In this document: positions 63,548-64,000 of the stretch, piece after piece
Layout of the letters: the number at the start of each line of letters is the position of its first letter
Position numbering within the stretch: position 1 is the first letter of the stretch
From: an uncultured Acidimicrobiales bacterium
Lineage (GTDB): Bacteria > Actinomycetota > Acidimicrobiia > Acidimicrobiales > DATKAS01
Length of the DNA: 64,000 nucleotides
Reading direction: 5' to 3'
Assembly: GCA_963708175.1 (NCBI GenBank)
Contig: CAVPSD010000017.1
Coordinates: forward strand, 23,073 to 87,072
Translations under genes and position numbers: made by a program
The notes under the pieces: model-generated
Database searches by the model: none
Seen by the model: the letters and a program-made list of their open reading frames with translations, nothing else
What the model was told of the DNA's origin: nothing

Positions 63548-63780
63548 GGAGTGAACGTTGCCTTCAGCCCCTCGGCGGATACCTTCGCCATCAGACGGTC
63601 GTGCTCGGCGTCGGACACGGTCTCGGCTTCGTCGATGAGCATGATCGGGATGTCCTCACGCACCGCGTAGCGCCGCTTGAGCCGTGGGTTGTACAGCGCG
63701 TCCTCGTCCTCGAAGTAGTAGAGCGGACCCTTGTCTTCGGGGCAGGCGAGGATCTCGAGCAGCAGCGGGTCGAGGGCCAT
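63544..63780 (-). CDS. Trm112 family protein
   Basis: 78 aa. LLEILACPEDKGPL and IPIMLIDEA are typical of the Trm112/DUF343 family. 4-nt overlap with the downstream gene. Confidence 0.85.
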   Translation of the reverse strand: MALDPLLLEILACPEDKGPLYYFEDEDALYNPRLKRRYAVREDIPIMLIDEAETVSDAEHDRLMAKVSAEGLKATFTP

Positions 63781-63792
63781 GACTGCAGTGTG

Positions 63793-64000
63793 TCAGCCGC
63801 CCGTGACGAGCGCCAACACGTCGGCGACACGCGCGTCGCACTCCTCCCGCGTCGCCGCCTCGAGGTTGAGGCGCAGCAACGGCTCGGTGTTCGACGGCCG
63901 GAGGTTGAACCACCAGTCACCTTCGTCGACGGTGAGCCCGTCGAGGCGATCCTGCTTCGCGTCCTTGTAGTCGCGCGGCGACGCGCTCGATCGTCACCTG
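63793..64000 (-). CDS. Phosphomannomutase/phosphoglucomutase, C-terminal fragment (5' end outside the window); in-frame stop at 63994-63996 implies another frameshift
   Basis: My own minus-strand translation gives ..RDYKDAKQDRLDGLTVDEGDWWFNLRPSNTEPLLRLNLEAATREECDARVADVLALVTGG-stop. This locus is not in the ORF track. Upstream of about 63970 the reading frame continues in another frame (QVTIERVAA). Confidence 0.8.

Overview
This is a GC-rich chromosomal segment (third codon positions are almost always G/C) with a clearly actinobacterial gene complement. Markers include the Bpa proteasome activator, a PAC2 protein, PpgK, F420/LLM oxidoreductases, class II DAHP synthase, a DUF3558 lipoprotein and long-form HPF. 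Two conserved syntenies are present: ileS / dksA-like / lspA / rluD / dnaE, and pmm / trm112 / pgi-pmi / ahcY. I call about 59 protein-coding loci and one tRNA-Ala(GGC). Content is mostly housekeeping (dnaE, ileS, leuS, proA, nadD, rsfS, hpf, ahcY, a sigma-70 factor), plus carbohydrate-reserve genes (GH63, glycogen debranching enzyme, ppgK, pgl), redox enzymes and small regulators (Rrf2, PadR, PaaX). I saw no transposase, integrase, phage gene, CRISPR array, toxin-antitoxin pair or recognisable defence or biosynthetic cluster, so the window looks like core genome rather than an accessory island. Four things are worth a second look. First, single-base frameshifts are very dense: at least 16, nearly all net +1 insertions, splitting 13 genes outright and displacing the stop of 2 more. 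Second, there are non-coding repeats: a perfect 32-bp tandem array that re-copies the stop-proximal end of bpa upstream of dnaE; a roughly 46-bp palindromic element present at three convergent gene junctions; and a 12-bp in-frame stop ladder after rluD. Third, a cysteine-free DksA/TraR-like protein carries a histone-H1-like Lys/Ala/Pro tail encoded by near-perfect 66-bp repeats. Fourth, a MoxR / lipoprotein / VWA / phosphatase operon has an inserted TIM-barrel-like lipoprotein. Start/stop overlaps of 4 nt (GTGA/ATGA) are pervasive. All product calls come from reading the supplied translations and recognising family motifs; no database search or structure prediction was run.
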